61,736 nucleotides of DNA, filler included, from Sandaracinaceae bacterium (GCA_947483975.1; 3 parts of 3 records of this genome joined end to end with filler, not necessarily neighbours in it); one strand, 5' to 3'. Counted from the whole stretch's first letter, positions 47,078 through 58,522 are shown. Program-made: numbers and translations. The notes: a model not told the origin generated them from the sequence alone.

Positions 47078-47861
47078 CGCCCGTCTCCCGCCAGCGAAAG
47101 AGGATCGCGTTGACGCCCCGCAGGAGCACGTCCGTGAGGAGGCCGACGCCGCCGATCACGAAGAGTCCAGCGAAGCTCCACGCGGGCTTGCTGTGCGAAT
47201 ACGCCAGCTGAATCAGATAGCCGAGCGAGGTGCCTGGGTTGATCGCCTCCGCGAGGATCACGTACGTCCAGGCGATGGCGTTCATCACGCGGAACGACTC
47301 GAAGATCTCAGGCATCGCCGCGGGGATGAGGACCGTGCGAATGACCGCCCAGCGCGAGGCGCCGAGCGTCAGCGCGGTGTCGACGTACTCCTGAGGTACG
47401 GCGCGGATGGCAGTGACGACGACGGGCAGGAGATAGACGAACACGCCGACGAAGAGGAACGCGATCTTCTCCCCCTCATCGATGCCGAACCACACGATGA
47501 GAAGGGGAATGAACGCCGAGATCGGCATGAAGCGCGCGGGCGCGAACACCGGATCGAAGAAGCGATTCACCGGCTCGAACGCGCCCATCAAGATCCCGAG
47601 CGGCAGCGCGACTCCTGCCGCGAGGCCGAACGCGATCGAGATGCGGCGCGTCGAGGTCGCGACCGCCTCGAGCAGATGCTTCTCGAAGATCAGCTGCAGC
47701 AGCCCGCGGATGACCTCGGTCGGCGACGGCAGAAAGCTCGGGCTGACCACGCCGCCGTAGCTCAGCGCACACCACGCCCCGAGCAGCAGCGTTGGGGCCG
47801 CGAGGGCAAACCACGGGCGCCAGGCCCGGGACATGGGTGCTCTGAGGGCGAACATGCTCAT
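47070..47861 (-). CDS. ABC transporter permease (TauC/SsuC-like)
   Basis: FLPSP, RFMPISAFIPLLIVWFG, EAA-loop-like TALTLGASRW, AWTYVILAE. Confidence 0.92.
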   Translation of the reverse strand: MSMFALRAPMSRAWRPWFALAAPTLLLGAWCALSYGGVVSPSFLPSPTEVIRGLLQLIFEKHLLEAVATSTRRISIAFGLAAGVALPLGILMGAFEPVNRFFDPVFAPARFMPISAFIPLLIVWFGIDEGEKIAFLFVGVFVYLLPVVVTAIRAVPQEYVDTALTLGASRWAVIRTVLIPAAMPEIFESFRVMNAIAWTYVILAEAINPGTSLGYLIQLAYSHSKPAWSFAGLFVIGGVGLLTDVLLRGVNAILFRWRETGDA

Positions 47862-47873
47862 GGTCTGTTCGGC

Positions 47874-49550
47874 TCAGGGAGCCGCGAGGACGACTCGGAT
47901 ATCGGTCCGACGGTTCAGCTGCCGACCGGCCTCGGTCGCGTTCGGCGCGACCGGGTTGTCGGGGCCGTGGCCGACCGTCTGCAGCCGCTCGCGCGGGATG
48001 GAGAACGTGGTCACGAGGTAGTCCCGCACGGCGTCCGCGCGCTGCTGCGAGAGCTCCACGTTGGCCGTGCGTGCGCCCGTCGCGTCGGTGTTTCCCTCGA
48101 CGCGCAGGTAGGTGCCGCCGAACGACACCATCGTCTCGCCGAGCGAGTCGAGGACGAAGAACGACCCCGGCATGATCTCGGCCGAGTTCGGCGTGAAGTT
48201 GATGGACAGCGTCTTGTTGAGAATCGGCACATCGTCGCGGCTCGGCGCGCGCGCGGGCACTGCCGCTTCGACGACGCGCTGGGCCGCGTAGCGACTCGCG
48301 GTCGCCGCGACGAAGCGCGGCTCGAACGTGTCATGCGCGTTCACCGCGCGGCTCACGACGCCCTTGCGGCGCCAGATGCGGAACGCCGTCTCGAACAGCG
48401 TCTCGTAGTGCGCGTGCCCGCCGGTCAAGCCGAAGAACTGCGCGTTGTCCGCGAACGGCGTGAGCTTGAGGCCGGAGAGCATCCCGCTGATGGTGTCGGC
48501 GTCGAGGTTCAGCGAGCGCGCGATGACGGCATTCGAGCCCGCCGGGTCGGTGCGCATGTACTCGATTCCCTCGAACCAGCCCGCGACGAACGCGGCCATG
48601 GTCGCCGGGGACGAGTCGATGATGTCCTGACGCGCGACGAGGCAGTCAGCGATGACGTTGGTCGCGGCCGTGGTCGAGACGAGCACGTGCGCCTCGTCGC
48701 CGCGGGCCGCGACGGCGGACGAGAGGTCCGGCTCCCAGGTGACGGCGGCATCCACGCGACCCGCGGTGAACATCGCCGCCGCAGCGGGCGCGTCCTGCGT
48801 GATCACGAGATCGTGCTCGATCTGCGCCTTCTGCGCGGTCGTCAGGCCGCTCTGGGAGAGCAAGTAGAGCAAGAGCCAGTGCGAGGGGGTGAACTCGGTC
48901 GTCGCGACGCGCTTGCCAGCGAGGTCCTCGACGCTGTGGATCGCTCGCGTCGCCACGATGCCGTCGCCGCCGCGCGACCAGTCCTGCATGATGATCGCGC
49001 GCCCGCGCACGGAACCCTCGGCGAGCACGGACGCCTCACGCGCCCACGAGTCGACGGTGTCCCACATCACGTCGATCTGGCCCGCCTGGAACGCCGCGAA
49101 CTTCGCCGCCGGGTCGTCGATGATCCGGAACTCGACGTCGAGCTGGTAGTTGCGCTTGTAGATGGACTGCACCTGTCCGAGCGTGAGTCCGAGGTTCGCG
49201 ACGACGCCGGGTGCATGGCCCGCCCAGGTGTTGATGCCGACGCGGAGCGGGCGATTCAGGCGCGCTCCGGTGATCGGCGCCGCGGGCACGCCGGTCACAG
49301 CGGCATTGCGAGCAGGGTCGGCGGGCGAGTTCCGCAGAGCCTCGAAGTCCGACGCCGCAACTCCCGTCGAAGGCGGAGCGGCGACGCCGCCATCGGACCC
49401 GACGGCGGTCCGAACAGCAGCATCATCCCGACACTTGTCGGGATTGGACCAGCATTTGACGCTGCTCCCGAAATAGGTCCAGCCAGTCACGCCGACGACG
49501 GCGACGACGACCAGCGCAATAAAACCCTTGGCGAACGGCGTGAGCTTCAT
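47874..49550 (-). CDS. Membrane-anchored NMT1/SsuA-type substrate-binding domain fused to OmpA-like peptidoglycan-binding domain
   Basis: N-terminal TM. NTWAGH, DWSRGGDGIVA, VDAAVTWEP, VIAD. C-terminal INF..NSA, RVEGNTDATG..NVELSQQRADAV..YL, G.GP.NP, NRRTD. Confidence 0.88.
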   Translation of the reverse strand: MKLTPFAKGFIALVVVAVVGVTGWTYFGSSVKCWSNPDKCRDDAAVRTAVGSDGGVAAPPSTGVAASDFEALRNSPADPARNAAVTGVPAAPITGARLNRPLRVGINTWAGHAPGVVANLGLTLGQVQSIYKRNYQLDVEFRIIDDPAAKFAAFQAGQIDVMWDTVDSWAREASVLAEGSVRGRAIIMQDWSRGGDGIVATRAIHSVEDLAGKRVATTEFTPSHWLLLYLLSQSGLTTAQKAQIEHDLVITQDAPAAAAMFTAGRVDAAVTWEPDLSSAVAARGDEAHVLVSTTAATNVIADCLVARQDIIDSSPATMAAFVAGWFEGIEYMRTDPAGSNAVIARSLNLDADTISGMLSGLKLTPFADNAQFFGLTGGHAHYETLFETAFRIWRRKGVVSRAVNAHDTFEPRFVAATASRYAAQRVVEAAVPARAPSRDDVPILNKTLSINFTPNSAEIMPGSFFVLDSLGETMVSFGGTYLRVEGNTDATGARTANVELSQQRADAVRDYLVTTFSIPRERLQTVGHGPDNPVAPNATEAGRQLNRRTDIRVVLAAP

Positions 49551-49586
49551 CTGTCCCAGTCCCTTTCTGACCTGAGGTCAGAGGCG

Positions 49587-50291
49587 TCACATCGTCTTTT
49601 GAGTCTTCTTGGCGGCCATCGCGGCCTTGAGGCGGTCGAGCTCCTGCCGAGCGCCGACCTCGCCGGTCTTCTCTCGAAGCGCCGCGAGGCGTGTGTCGAG
49701 CGAGGTCTCTTTGAGCTCTTGGTTGAGGTTCGCCTCCGCGACGACCGTCTGGATGTGCTGGCGCACGTTGTCGAGCGCCTTCACCTCGGCATCCACCGAC
49801 AGACCATCGAGCTGCTCGTTGATGCGGATCTTCGCCTGAGCGGACTGCATCTTCGCGAGCATGGTGTCCTTCTCGGCCTTGAGGCGCCTGATCTCGGCCT
49901 CGACCTGAAGGAGCGACGCCTTCGCGGAGTCCGCATCTTTGACCGACGACTCTGCATCTGCGCGAAGCTCAGCCAGGCTCGCCTCGAGCTGCTGCTTCTT
50001 CTGCACGAGCACGATCGCGAGGTCGTCCTGCCCGCCCTCGATGGCGACGGAGAGCTCCGCGCTCACCTGCGCCAGCTCCTTGTTCTGCTGGGCGAGCCGC
50101 GTCTGAATCTCGTCCCGGCGACGAATGATCCCGGCTGTCGCCTTCTTCAGCCCCGCATAGCGGCCGACGAGCGCGTTGATGGCATTCTCGTAGGCAATCT
50201 CCGGATGCTCCTTCTCGAGGTCGCTGATCCAGAGGCTGACGAAGCCGCTCCAAAGATTCCGCAGACGTGCAAACACACCTGAACCTGCCAT
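49587..50291 (-). CDS. pspA: PspA/IM30 (ESCRT-III-like) family protein
   Basis: N-terminal amphipathic helix GVFARLRNLWSG, E.E.PE turn, long coiled coil with GQDDLA hairpin, A.AK.RINE, C-terminal ELDRLKA. Confidence 0.8.
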   Translation of the reverse strand: MAGSGVFARLRNLWSGFVSLWISDLEKEHPEIAYENAINALVGRYAGLKKATAGIIRRRDEIQTRLAQQNKELAQVSAELSVAIEGGQDDLAIVLVQKKQQLEASLAELRADAESSVKDADSAKASLLQVEAEIRRLKAEKDTMLAKMQSAQAKIRINEQLDGLSVDAEVKALDNVRQHIQTVVAEANLNQELKETSLDTRLAALREKTGEVGARQELDRLKAAMAAKKTQKTM

Positions 50292-50321
50292 GACCCCATC
50301 CTTTCGGGACGCGCTCTCGCG

Positions 50322-50990
50322 CTATCCGGGTTCGTGAAGCTTCGGCGAGTCGCGCACGACCTTTGCGACGGCCTCTTGGCCGAAGAACTCCAAGACTTGC
50401 TGCACGCCGAGCTTCTCGTTGTTGACGGCGGACATTCGGGTCTGCTGCTCGCGAACGGCCTGCTCCATGATCCCGCGGACCTCGCCGATCTCCTGCTCGA
50501 GCTGCGCGATGCGCTGCGTGCTCTCACCGAGGAGCTTCTGCGTGTCGGCTTGGCCCGCGCGAACGTGGGACTCGAGCGCTTCGATGGAGGCGACGCCGGC
50601 TTCGATGATCTTCTCGGTGGGCACGCCGAAGGCGCGCAGAGACGCTTCGACGATCTGCTTCTTCGTCGCAGCCGGAGTGTCGACCGGCAGCGAGCGCAGC
50701 AGGTCCCGCGCCTTCGAAACCCGGTCGCGCTCTTCCGCATCGACGCCGGCGGACTCGTAGACGGCGAGGAAGTCGAGCGCGCCACCGACGAACGGCGGGA
50801 GCGGCTGCGAAGGGGACGCGGGCGTGAGACCGACGGGCGCGCCAGGTGCCGCCGTCTCGTCCGCGTATTTCGCGATGAGCGCGTCGGCCCCGACGGCCGC
50901 GGCGGGCTCGTTTTCCGTGGCTTCTCCCTCGCCTTCCTTGACGACGAACCAGCCAAGGACGGTGCTCCCCCACTTCTTCTTGGTGCTCAC
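50322..50990 (-). CDS. Hypothetical protein (short aromatic N-terminal motif, disordered linker, coiled-coil C-terminus)
   Basis: KKKWGSTVLGWFVV, then LLRSLP..TP..TKKQIVEASL.AFG and heptad helices. First gene of the pspA operon, with TAGTGT 8 nt upstream. Confidence 0.75.
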   Translation of the reverse strand: MSTKKKWGSTVLGWFVVKEGEGEATENEPAAAVGADALIAKYADETAAPGAPVGLTPASPSQPLPPFVGGALDFLAVYESAGVDAEERDRVSKARDLLRSLPVDTPAATKKQIVEASLRAFGVPTEKIIEAGVASIEALESHVRAGQADTQKLLGESTQRIAQLEQEIGEVRGIMEQAVREQQTRMSAVNNEKLGVQQVLEFFGQEAVAKVVRDSPKLHEPG

Positions 50991-51128
50991 GGGGGCGGAC
51001 ACTATCACGCGTTCCCGCGCGCAAGAAACATGAACAGCCGACTCCTCGGCGCGAGTTCGCGTGCCGAAGTCGCCGTGGCCGCCGCTCCTTCCTTTCCCCG
51101 AGCGGCGCTTCCAGCGTACGCTGCGCCC

Positions 51129-51488
51129 GTGATTCAGAAGACGCTCGGCTACTTCGGACCAGGCCTCGTCGTGCGCGGCAAGCTCACCGGCGAAGGCGAT
51201 TTGACGATCGACGGGCGGTTCGAGGGCGGCCTCGAGCTCACCGGGGACGTGCACATCGGAGAGCACTCCGTCGTCAACGCGCCAGTGCGCGCCGGTGCTC
51301 TGACCGTCAGCGGCGACGTCAAAGGCGACGTCGTCGCGGCGGGGGCCGTCGCCGTGCGCGACGGGGGACGCATCGTCGGCGATGTGCGCGCGCAGCGCGT
51401 GTCCATCGACGACGGCGGCGCGCTCCACGGCGGCGTGGAAATGGACTTCGAGCTCCCCGACGGGCTAGAGGGGCTGCTGACGCCATGA
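51129..51488 (+). CDS. Bactofilin (polymer-forming cytoskeletal protein)
   Basis: GPGLVVRGKLTGEGDLTIDGRFEG..VSGDVKGDV..GDVRAQRVSIDDGG.L.G.VEM. Confidence 0.9.
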   Translation: MIQKTLGYFGPGLVVRGKLTGEGDLTIDGRFEGGLELTGDVHIGEHSVVNAPVRAGALTVSGDVKGDVVAAGAVAVRDGGRIVGDVRAQRVSIDDGGALHGGVEMDFELPDGLEGLLTP

Positions 51489-52075
51489 ACAGACCCTCCG
51501 TATTGCCCGATGGCATGAAGCTCGTCGGTGACGTCGAGGGCGAGGGCGACCTCGCCGTGCTCGGCACCATCGAGGGCGATGTCCGCATCGACGGCGCGCT
51601 CGTCGTCGAGGCGAGCGGCGTTCTCAAGGGCCACGCGCACGCGCGCTCGCTGATCGTGCGCGGAGTGCTCGTCGGTGACGGCAGCGCCGTCGACACCGTC
51701 CGCGTCGAACCCGGCGCTCGCATGGTCGGCGACGCCCGCGCGCCGCGCGTCAGCATCATCGACGGCGCGCTCTTTCGTGGGCGCGTCGAGATGAGCGGCG
51801 ATGCGCCGCCGCGGGTCGTGCGCTCGACTCCGCGCCGCCGCTCGACCGCGGGCGAGATCGCGGCGCCGTCTTCGGCAGGCGCGCTCACCTCGCCGGGTTC
51901 GCTCGCCGGTGTGACCTCGCCTGGCGCTCACACGACGCTGCCAGGCTTCGCGCCCGCCGCGCCGATCGAACCGCCTCCCCCCGTGGTCGTCGTCGCCGCG
52001 CCGGTGCGTCGCGGTCCCCCCAACCCGAGCCTGCCCGCGCTTCGGCGCACCGAGGCTCGGCGCACGGAGCATTGA
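51485..52075 (+). CDS. Bactofilin with Pro-rich, basic C-terminal tail (BacP-like architecture)
   Basis: ATGA overlap. GDVEGEGDLAVLGTIEG..GDARAPRVSIIDGALFRGRVEM, plus an ~90-aa disordered tail. Confidence 0.88.
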   Translation: MNRPSVLPDGMKLVGDVEGEGDLAVLGTIEGDVRIDGALVVEASGVLKGHAHARSLIVRGVLVGDGSAVDTVRVEPGARMVGDARAPRVSIIDGALFRGRVEMSGDAPPRVVRSTPRRRSTAGEIAAPSSAGALTSPGSLAGVTSPGAHTTLPGFAPAAPIEPPPPVVVVAAPVRRGPPNPSLPALRRTEARRTEH

Positions 52076-52636
52076 GTGCCTGAGCCCGTCGTCGCCCGCC
52101 TGCTGGAATTGCTCACGAAGCACAGCTTCGCCCGTCGGCCGGTGACCCTCGCCTCCGGCCGTGAGAGCGACTTCTTCATCGACTGCAAGCAGACCGTGCT
52201 GCTCGCCGAAGGGCACGCGCTCGTCGGGGCCCGGATGCTCGCTGCGCTCGCTTCGTTCAGCGAGGCGCCCGTCGCCGTCGCCGGTGTGGAGCTCGGGGGC
52301 TGTCCGCTCGCGTCGGCCGTCGCGCTCGTCTCCTTTCAGCGAGGTCGTGGGCTCGACGCGATCTACGTGCGCAAGGACGCGAAGGATCACGGGAGCAAGC
52401 GGTTGCTCGAGGGGGATGCGCATCTCCCCGCCGGCGCGCCCGTCGTCGTGCTCGAAGACGTGATCACGACGGGCGGCTCGACGCTGAAAGCCGTCGAGAA
52501 ATTGCGCGCGCGCGGCCTCAAGGTCGTCGGCGTCGTCGCGCTCGTCGATCGCCTCGAGGGCGGGAGCGACGCCATCGAGGCCGCCGGCTTGCCGCTGGTC
52601 TCCGTGTTCACGCGCAACGACTTCATCCCGCCGTGA
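52076..52636 (+). CDS. pyrE: Orotate phosphoribosyltransferase
   Basis: TLASGRESDFFIDCK, VRKDAKDHG, PRPP motif VVLEDVITTGGST, LVDRLEGG. Confidence 0.95.
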   Translation: MPEPVVARLLELLTKHSFARRPVTLASGRESDFFIDCKQTVLLAEGHALVGARMLAALASFSEAPVAVAGVELGGCPLASAVALVSFQRGRGLDAIYVRKDAKDHGSKRLLEGDAHLPAGAPVVVLEDVITTGGSTLKAVEKLRARGLKVVGVVALVDRLEGGSDAIEAAGLPLVSVFTRNDFIPP

Positions 52637-53331
52637 TGCGCGCCTCAGCCGTCAGCGTCCTCGTGCGTGCGCTCGTCGTCGCGGCGACTCTCGCGGGCAC
52701 GTTGGTGGGTACGTCCGCGTGTGGCGGCACGGCGGTGCTCTCGATGCGCCCGGCGCCCCGCGCCTTCACGCCGGAGGACTACGACCGCCTCTACGCGGCG
52801 TGGACGCGCGACGAGAACGGCTTCGAGCTCTCGAAGCTCCAGGACACGCTCCACGTCAGCGCCACGTTTCAGTCTTGGGAGCATCGTTGGGCGTACATCG
52901 TCCGCTACGCGAGCGACTACAGCCTCGACACCGCCGAGCGGACCGAGCTCCTGCGTGCCTCGCTCGCCGACGCGGAGACGACGCACCGCTTCTTCGTGAC
53001 GATCGCGGGCCACGACTGGCGCGAGAGCGACCTGACGAGCGAGCGCGCTGCGTGGCGGGTCGTGCTCGTCGACGACCGGGGCGCGACCATCGCTCCGACG
53101 GAGCTCGTCCGGGTCCCACGGCCCGGCGCCAATGAGCGCGGCTACTATCACATCACGCCGTTTCGCCAGGCTTTCCGCCTCGCGTTCCCAGCGCGTCGCC
53201 CGGACGGTTCGTCCACGATCGCGCCCGACGCGCACCGGATTACCCTGCGTTTTACGGGCCCCGAGGGCACGGTGGACCTGGTCTGGGAGCTGGAGCCGAC
53301 CGAGCCAGCGCCGCGCGTGATCGGCCGTTGA
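52633..53331 (+). CDS. Hypothetical lipoprotein
   Basis: Overlaps the pyrE stop. Signal with TSAC lipobox and a globular remainder. Confidence 0.7.
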   Translation: MMRASAVSVLVRALVVAATLAGTLVGTSACGGTAVLSMRPAPRAFTPEDYDRLYAAWTRDENGFELSKLQDTLHVSATFQSWEHRWAYIVRYASDYSLDTAERTELLRASLADAETTHRFFVTIAGHDWRESDLTSERAAWRVVLVDDRGATIAPTELVRVPRPGANERGYYHITPFRQAFRLAFPARRPDGSSTIAPDAHRITLRFTGPEGTVDLVWELEPTEPAPRVIGR

Positions 53332-53467
53332 CACCGGTTCGCGCTCGCTGCAAGCTCTGCCCCGAAAGTCGGCCAAATGCCCGTTCCGCCAGGGGAATCT
53401 TCCGCCGCGGAGGGGGGCGAACGGACCCGGAGGCAGCGCGATGCGTCAAGCAGGGCAGCGGCAGATC

Positions 53468-55201
53468 ATGAGCAAAGTCGTGTATGGCGTCGTCCTCAGC
53501 GCGCTGGTGAGCACCGCGATGCTCGCTCTGGCTGCCTGTCACGCCGACGAGAACGATCCGGTGGGCCTCGCCAAGGAGCTCACGGACCCCGTCCGGCGCG
53601 AGCACTCGACGAGCAACCTCACTCGTATCTACACGAAGGTTCTCGCCGACAAGAACGGCAACCGGCAGGACCCGGCGGTGAAGGAGATCACCGACCAGAT
53701 CATTCAGCCGCTGATCGACATCTACATCGGGCACCCCGAGGACAATCAGACGCGCACCGCGGTGCTCAGTCTACTGCGCGAGATGCGCGATCCGCGCTCG
53801 CTGCCCGCTCTGAAGGAAGCGCTGAAGTGGCGCGCCGAGGTCAGCGAGGAGCAGGCGATCAGCGCCGCTCAGACCATCCAGCAGACGCCCTTCACCGACG
53901 ACAAGAAGCCGGAGCTCGTCGCCGCGCTCGCTGACGCGCTCACGAGCGTTCAGGATGCGCGCCCCGTCGACAACCGGATGCGCATCGAGTTCATCCGCGC
54001 GCTCGGCAACATGCAGCATCCCTCCGCGACCGACGCGCTCGTCGCCGTCGCGACGCGGCAGAGCGAGAGCCAGAACTTCCTCATCAACATCCTCGCCTTC
54101 GAGCAGGTCGCGAAGATCCACGCGGACACGTCGGTGCCCGCGCTCCTCAAGGGCCTCTACCTCTTCGACACCAAGGCGCCGCAGCGCCGCTCGAACGACG
54201 TCGCCGCGCTCGGCCTCGTCGGCGTCGGCCGCGCGGCCCTCGCCCCGCTCCTCGAGGTGCTCGCCGGCCGCAACGCCGACGCGAACGCCATCGCGACGCA
54301 ATACCTCGCGGCGGTTCACGCTGCGAACCCGACGGCCGCCGACATGATGAGCGTTCAGATGATCACGGCCGCGGACGCGACCTACACGCTCGGTGAGCTC
54401 GGGATGCCCGAGGCGATCGAGCCGCTCATCGCGGAGACCGCCGTCGTCGACGAGGCGAACCCGGCGACGCAGGCGATCAGCGGCGCGCGGCGCCTCGGCG
54501 GCGCCATCGGGCTCGCGCGCATCCACCACGCAGAGGCGGACACCGTGCGCATCCGGACGGCGATCCGCTCGGTCTACGACAAGGCCGACAAGCAGACGCG
54601 CATGCAGGTGCTCCGCGCCATGCAGCACCTGATGGATCCGGGCGTCCAGCCGTTCCTCCTCGACACGGCGAAGGCGCCGGAAGAAGAGCTTCCGGACATC
54701 CGCGTCATCGCGCTCAACGCGTTCTCGATGTTCGCCAACGCGGCCGAGGCGGCGCAGGCCCAGGCGCTGATCGCGGCGGAGCCCGGCGCGGACGCGGGCG
54801 GGGACGAGGATGCCCCCGCGGGCCTCAAGGAGCAGTTCACCACGCAGAACGCGAAGGCGCTCGCCGTGGCGGTGGAGTGCAACGAGAACCTCGCCTGCTA
54901 CATCGGCAAGCTGGCCGACCGCGACGCGATGGTCGCGCGCAAGGCCGCCTACATGATCGCGCGCTACGGCCGCGGGAATCCCGCTGCCATCGCCGCGCTG
55001 ATCGCCAAGCTCGCGACCAACGACGCGACCGTGCGCGGCGACGTGTTCTACGCGCTCGATCAGGTCGCCGACGCGGGCAGCGCGGCTGCGGTCGCTCGCA
55101 TCGAGGAGCTTCAGCGCGTCGAAGAGGGGCGCGCGAGCTGGAACCAGATCAAGACGCTCGCGCTCGCGACGGCGGCGCGCCTGCGTCACCGCGCGCCTTG
55201 A
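53468..55201 (+). CDS. HEAT-repeat lipoprotein
   Basis: LAAC lipobox and repeated helical units (DPRSLPAL, IRALG, AIEPLI, VARKAAY, VRGDVFYAL). Confidence 0.8.
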   Translation: MSKVVYGVVLSALVSTAMLALAACHADENDPVGLAKELTDPVRREHSTSNLTRIYTKVLADKNGNRQDPAVKEITDQIIQPLIDIYIGHPEDNQTRTAVLSLLREMRDPRSLPALKEALKWRAEVSEEQAISAAQTIQQTPFTDDKKPELVAALADALTSVQDARPVDNRMRIEFIRALGNMQHPSATDALVAVATRQSESQNFLINILAFEQVAKIHADTSVPALLKGLYLFDTKAPQRRSNDVAALGLVGVGRAALAPLLEVLAGRNADANAIATQYLAAVHAANPTAADMMSVQMITAADATYTLGELGMPEAIEPLIAETAVVDEANPATQAISGARRLGGAIGLARIHHAEADTVRIRTAIRSVYDKADKQTRMQVLRAMQHLMDPGVQPFLLDTAKAPEEELPDIRVIALNAFSMFANAAEAAQAQALIAAEPGADAGGDEDAPAGLKEQFTTQNAKALAVAVECNENLACYIGKLADRDAMVARKAAYMIARYGRGNPAAIAALIAKLATNDATVRGDVFYALDQVADAGSAAAVARIEELQRVEEGRASWNQIKTLALATAARLRHRAP

Positions 55202-55229
55202 GCCCGCGCGGCACATCAGCGCTTCCGAC

Positions 55230-57155
<1,926 letters not shown>

Positions 57156-57206
57156 GCGGGCCCGGCGTCGGCGGGCCTGCTGTCGGCGGGCCTGCTGTCG
57201 GCGGGC
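57156..57206. repeat. 15-bp intergenic tandem repeat, about 3 copies, between convergent genes
   Basis: gcgggcctgctgtcg units, first copy degenerate. Confidence 0.75.
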
Positions 57207-57212
57207 GCTGCG

Positions 57213-58097
57213 TCAGCGGTCGCGGCGCTTCTTGCCGCGTCCGCGCATGCCTTCACGGATCAGCGTCGGATCGCGCGGCTCTTTGGCGCTCGCGTCGAGC
57301 GCCGTCGCGGCGGCGGTGCGCTCGAGCTTGCGCTCGCCGCGCGTGCGGAGGCGGGCGACGATCTCTTCGAGCGCGCGGCGCACGTCGGCGTGCCGCGACG
57401 TCGAGGCGCGGAGGGCGAGCCACTCGGCGACCTGGCGCGACGAGGTCGCGGCTGCGGTGACCGTGCGGGGCAGGGCTTCGAGGAGGCGGCGGCGTCCTGG
57501 GTCGCGCTCCTTGGCGCGCGGGGCGTCCTCGAGCGTGGCGGTCGCCGCGTCGATGGCCGCGACGAGCGCCTCCTCGTCGTGCGTCGCGTCGAGCACGCGC
57601 TTGTCGGCGATGGCGCCGAGGGCGACGGAGCCGCGCGAGAACGAGCTGCACCAGGGGACCAGCGCGTTCACGAAGGCGTCTACGCCGCCTGGAAAGTGCG
57701 GCGCGGCCCCGGCGAGCGCGTCCTCGACGGCGCGCCGGACGACGGAGCGCTCGTCCTCGCCGAGCTCGCCGAGGGTCTCGAGGATGCGCGCGGCGACGCG
57801 CGGGTCGGGACCGAACTTCGCCGCGTGGGCGTAGGCCGCGACCATCGGGAGAAAGACGAACGGCGTGCCGTCGTCCGCGTCGAGCGTGGCGAACTCGCGG
57901 ATGAGCGAGTCCGCGCGGCGCCCGGCGGCAGCGAGCGCGGCGCCTGCGGCCGCGGCGAGCTCGAGGTTCGGGCGAGGGCCGGGGAGGTGGCTGCTGCGCG
58001 CGAGGACCGCGGAGAGCTCACTGTGGTTGCCGGAGGCGAGCGCCCGGTCGAGGGTGGCGCGGAGGGCTTCGCTACGAATCTGTGTCACGGCGCGCAT
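57213..58097 (-). CDS. Hypothetical alpha-helical protein
   Basis: GC3-biased ORF. SHLPGPRPNLELA near the N-terminus and basic C-terminus RDPT..REGMRGRGKKRR. Confidence 0.7.
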   Translation of the reverse strand: MRAVTQIRSEALRATLDRALASGNHSELSAVLARSSHLPGPRPNLELAAAAGAALAAAGRRADSLIREFATLDADDGTPFVFLPMVAAYAHAAKFGPDPRVAARILETLGELGEDERSVVRRAVEDALAGAAPHFPGGVDAFVNALVPWCSSFSRGSVALGAIADKRVLDATHDEEALVAAIDAATATLEDAPRAKERDPGRRRLLEALPRTVTAAATSSRQVAEWLALRASTSRHADVRRALEEIVARLRTRGERKLERTAAATALDASAKEPRDPTLIREGMRGRGKKRRDR

Positions 58098-58114
58098 CGT
58101 GTACCATGAGTGTC

Positions 58115-58306
58115 ATGTCGGTGCGCGTCCTCGCTGTGCTCGCGCTCGCCACCGCGCCGTGGCTGATGGCCACGTCATGCGGCAACCACGCCGAGCGCAA
58201 GCCCGTCGGCTACCCCTGCGCGCGCGACCGAGACTGCGAGCGCGACCTGCTCTGCGTGGGCGGCACCTGCCGCGCCCAGCCGAGCGACGGCGCCGTGAGC
58301 GATTGA
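58115..58306 (+). CDS. Small Cys-rich lipoprotein
   Basis: Signal with ATSC lipobox. GYPCARDRDCERDLLCVGGTC module. TACCAT 7 nt upstream. Confidence 0.65.
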   Translation: MSVRVLAVLALATAPWLMATSCGNHAERKPVGYPCARDRDCERDLLCVGGTCRAQPSDGAVSD

Positions 58307-58338
58307 TTTCGGCGTCGTTGCGCTACACTCGCGCATCC

Positions 58339-58521
58339 ATGTCCCGGACGCTCCGAGATGGCGCTGGCGCGCTCCTGGTGCTCGCGTCACTCGTGACGCT
58401 CTTCCGCACCGTGGTGGAGCTGCGGGGGCACGACTACCTCGCCGCGATCCTCCTCTGCGTGATGGGCCTCGCGCTCGTCCGCGGCGGCGTGGAGCTGCTG
58501 CGACCGACGGTTGGAGAGTGA
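58339..58521 (+). CDS. Small two-TM membrane protein
   Basis: MSRTLRDGAGALLVLASLVTLF..DYLAAILLCVMGLALVRGGVELLRP. TACACT 9 nt upstream. Confidence 0.65.
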   Translation: MSRTLRDGAGALLVLASLVTLFRTVVELRGHDYLAAILLCVMGLALVRGGVELLRPTVGE

Positions 58522-58522
58522 C

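Noticed and set aside
47007..50282. Very long alternative ORFs (47007..50282 +, 33540..36719 +, 27110..28960 +, 55149..57128 - and similar)
   Set aside because: They are antisense or off-frame shadows of well-supported genes, expected in high-GC DNA, and have no recognisable motifs.
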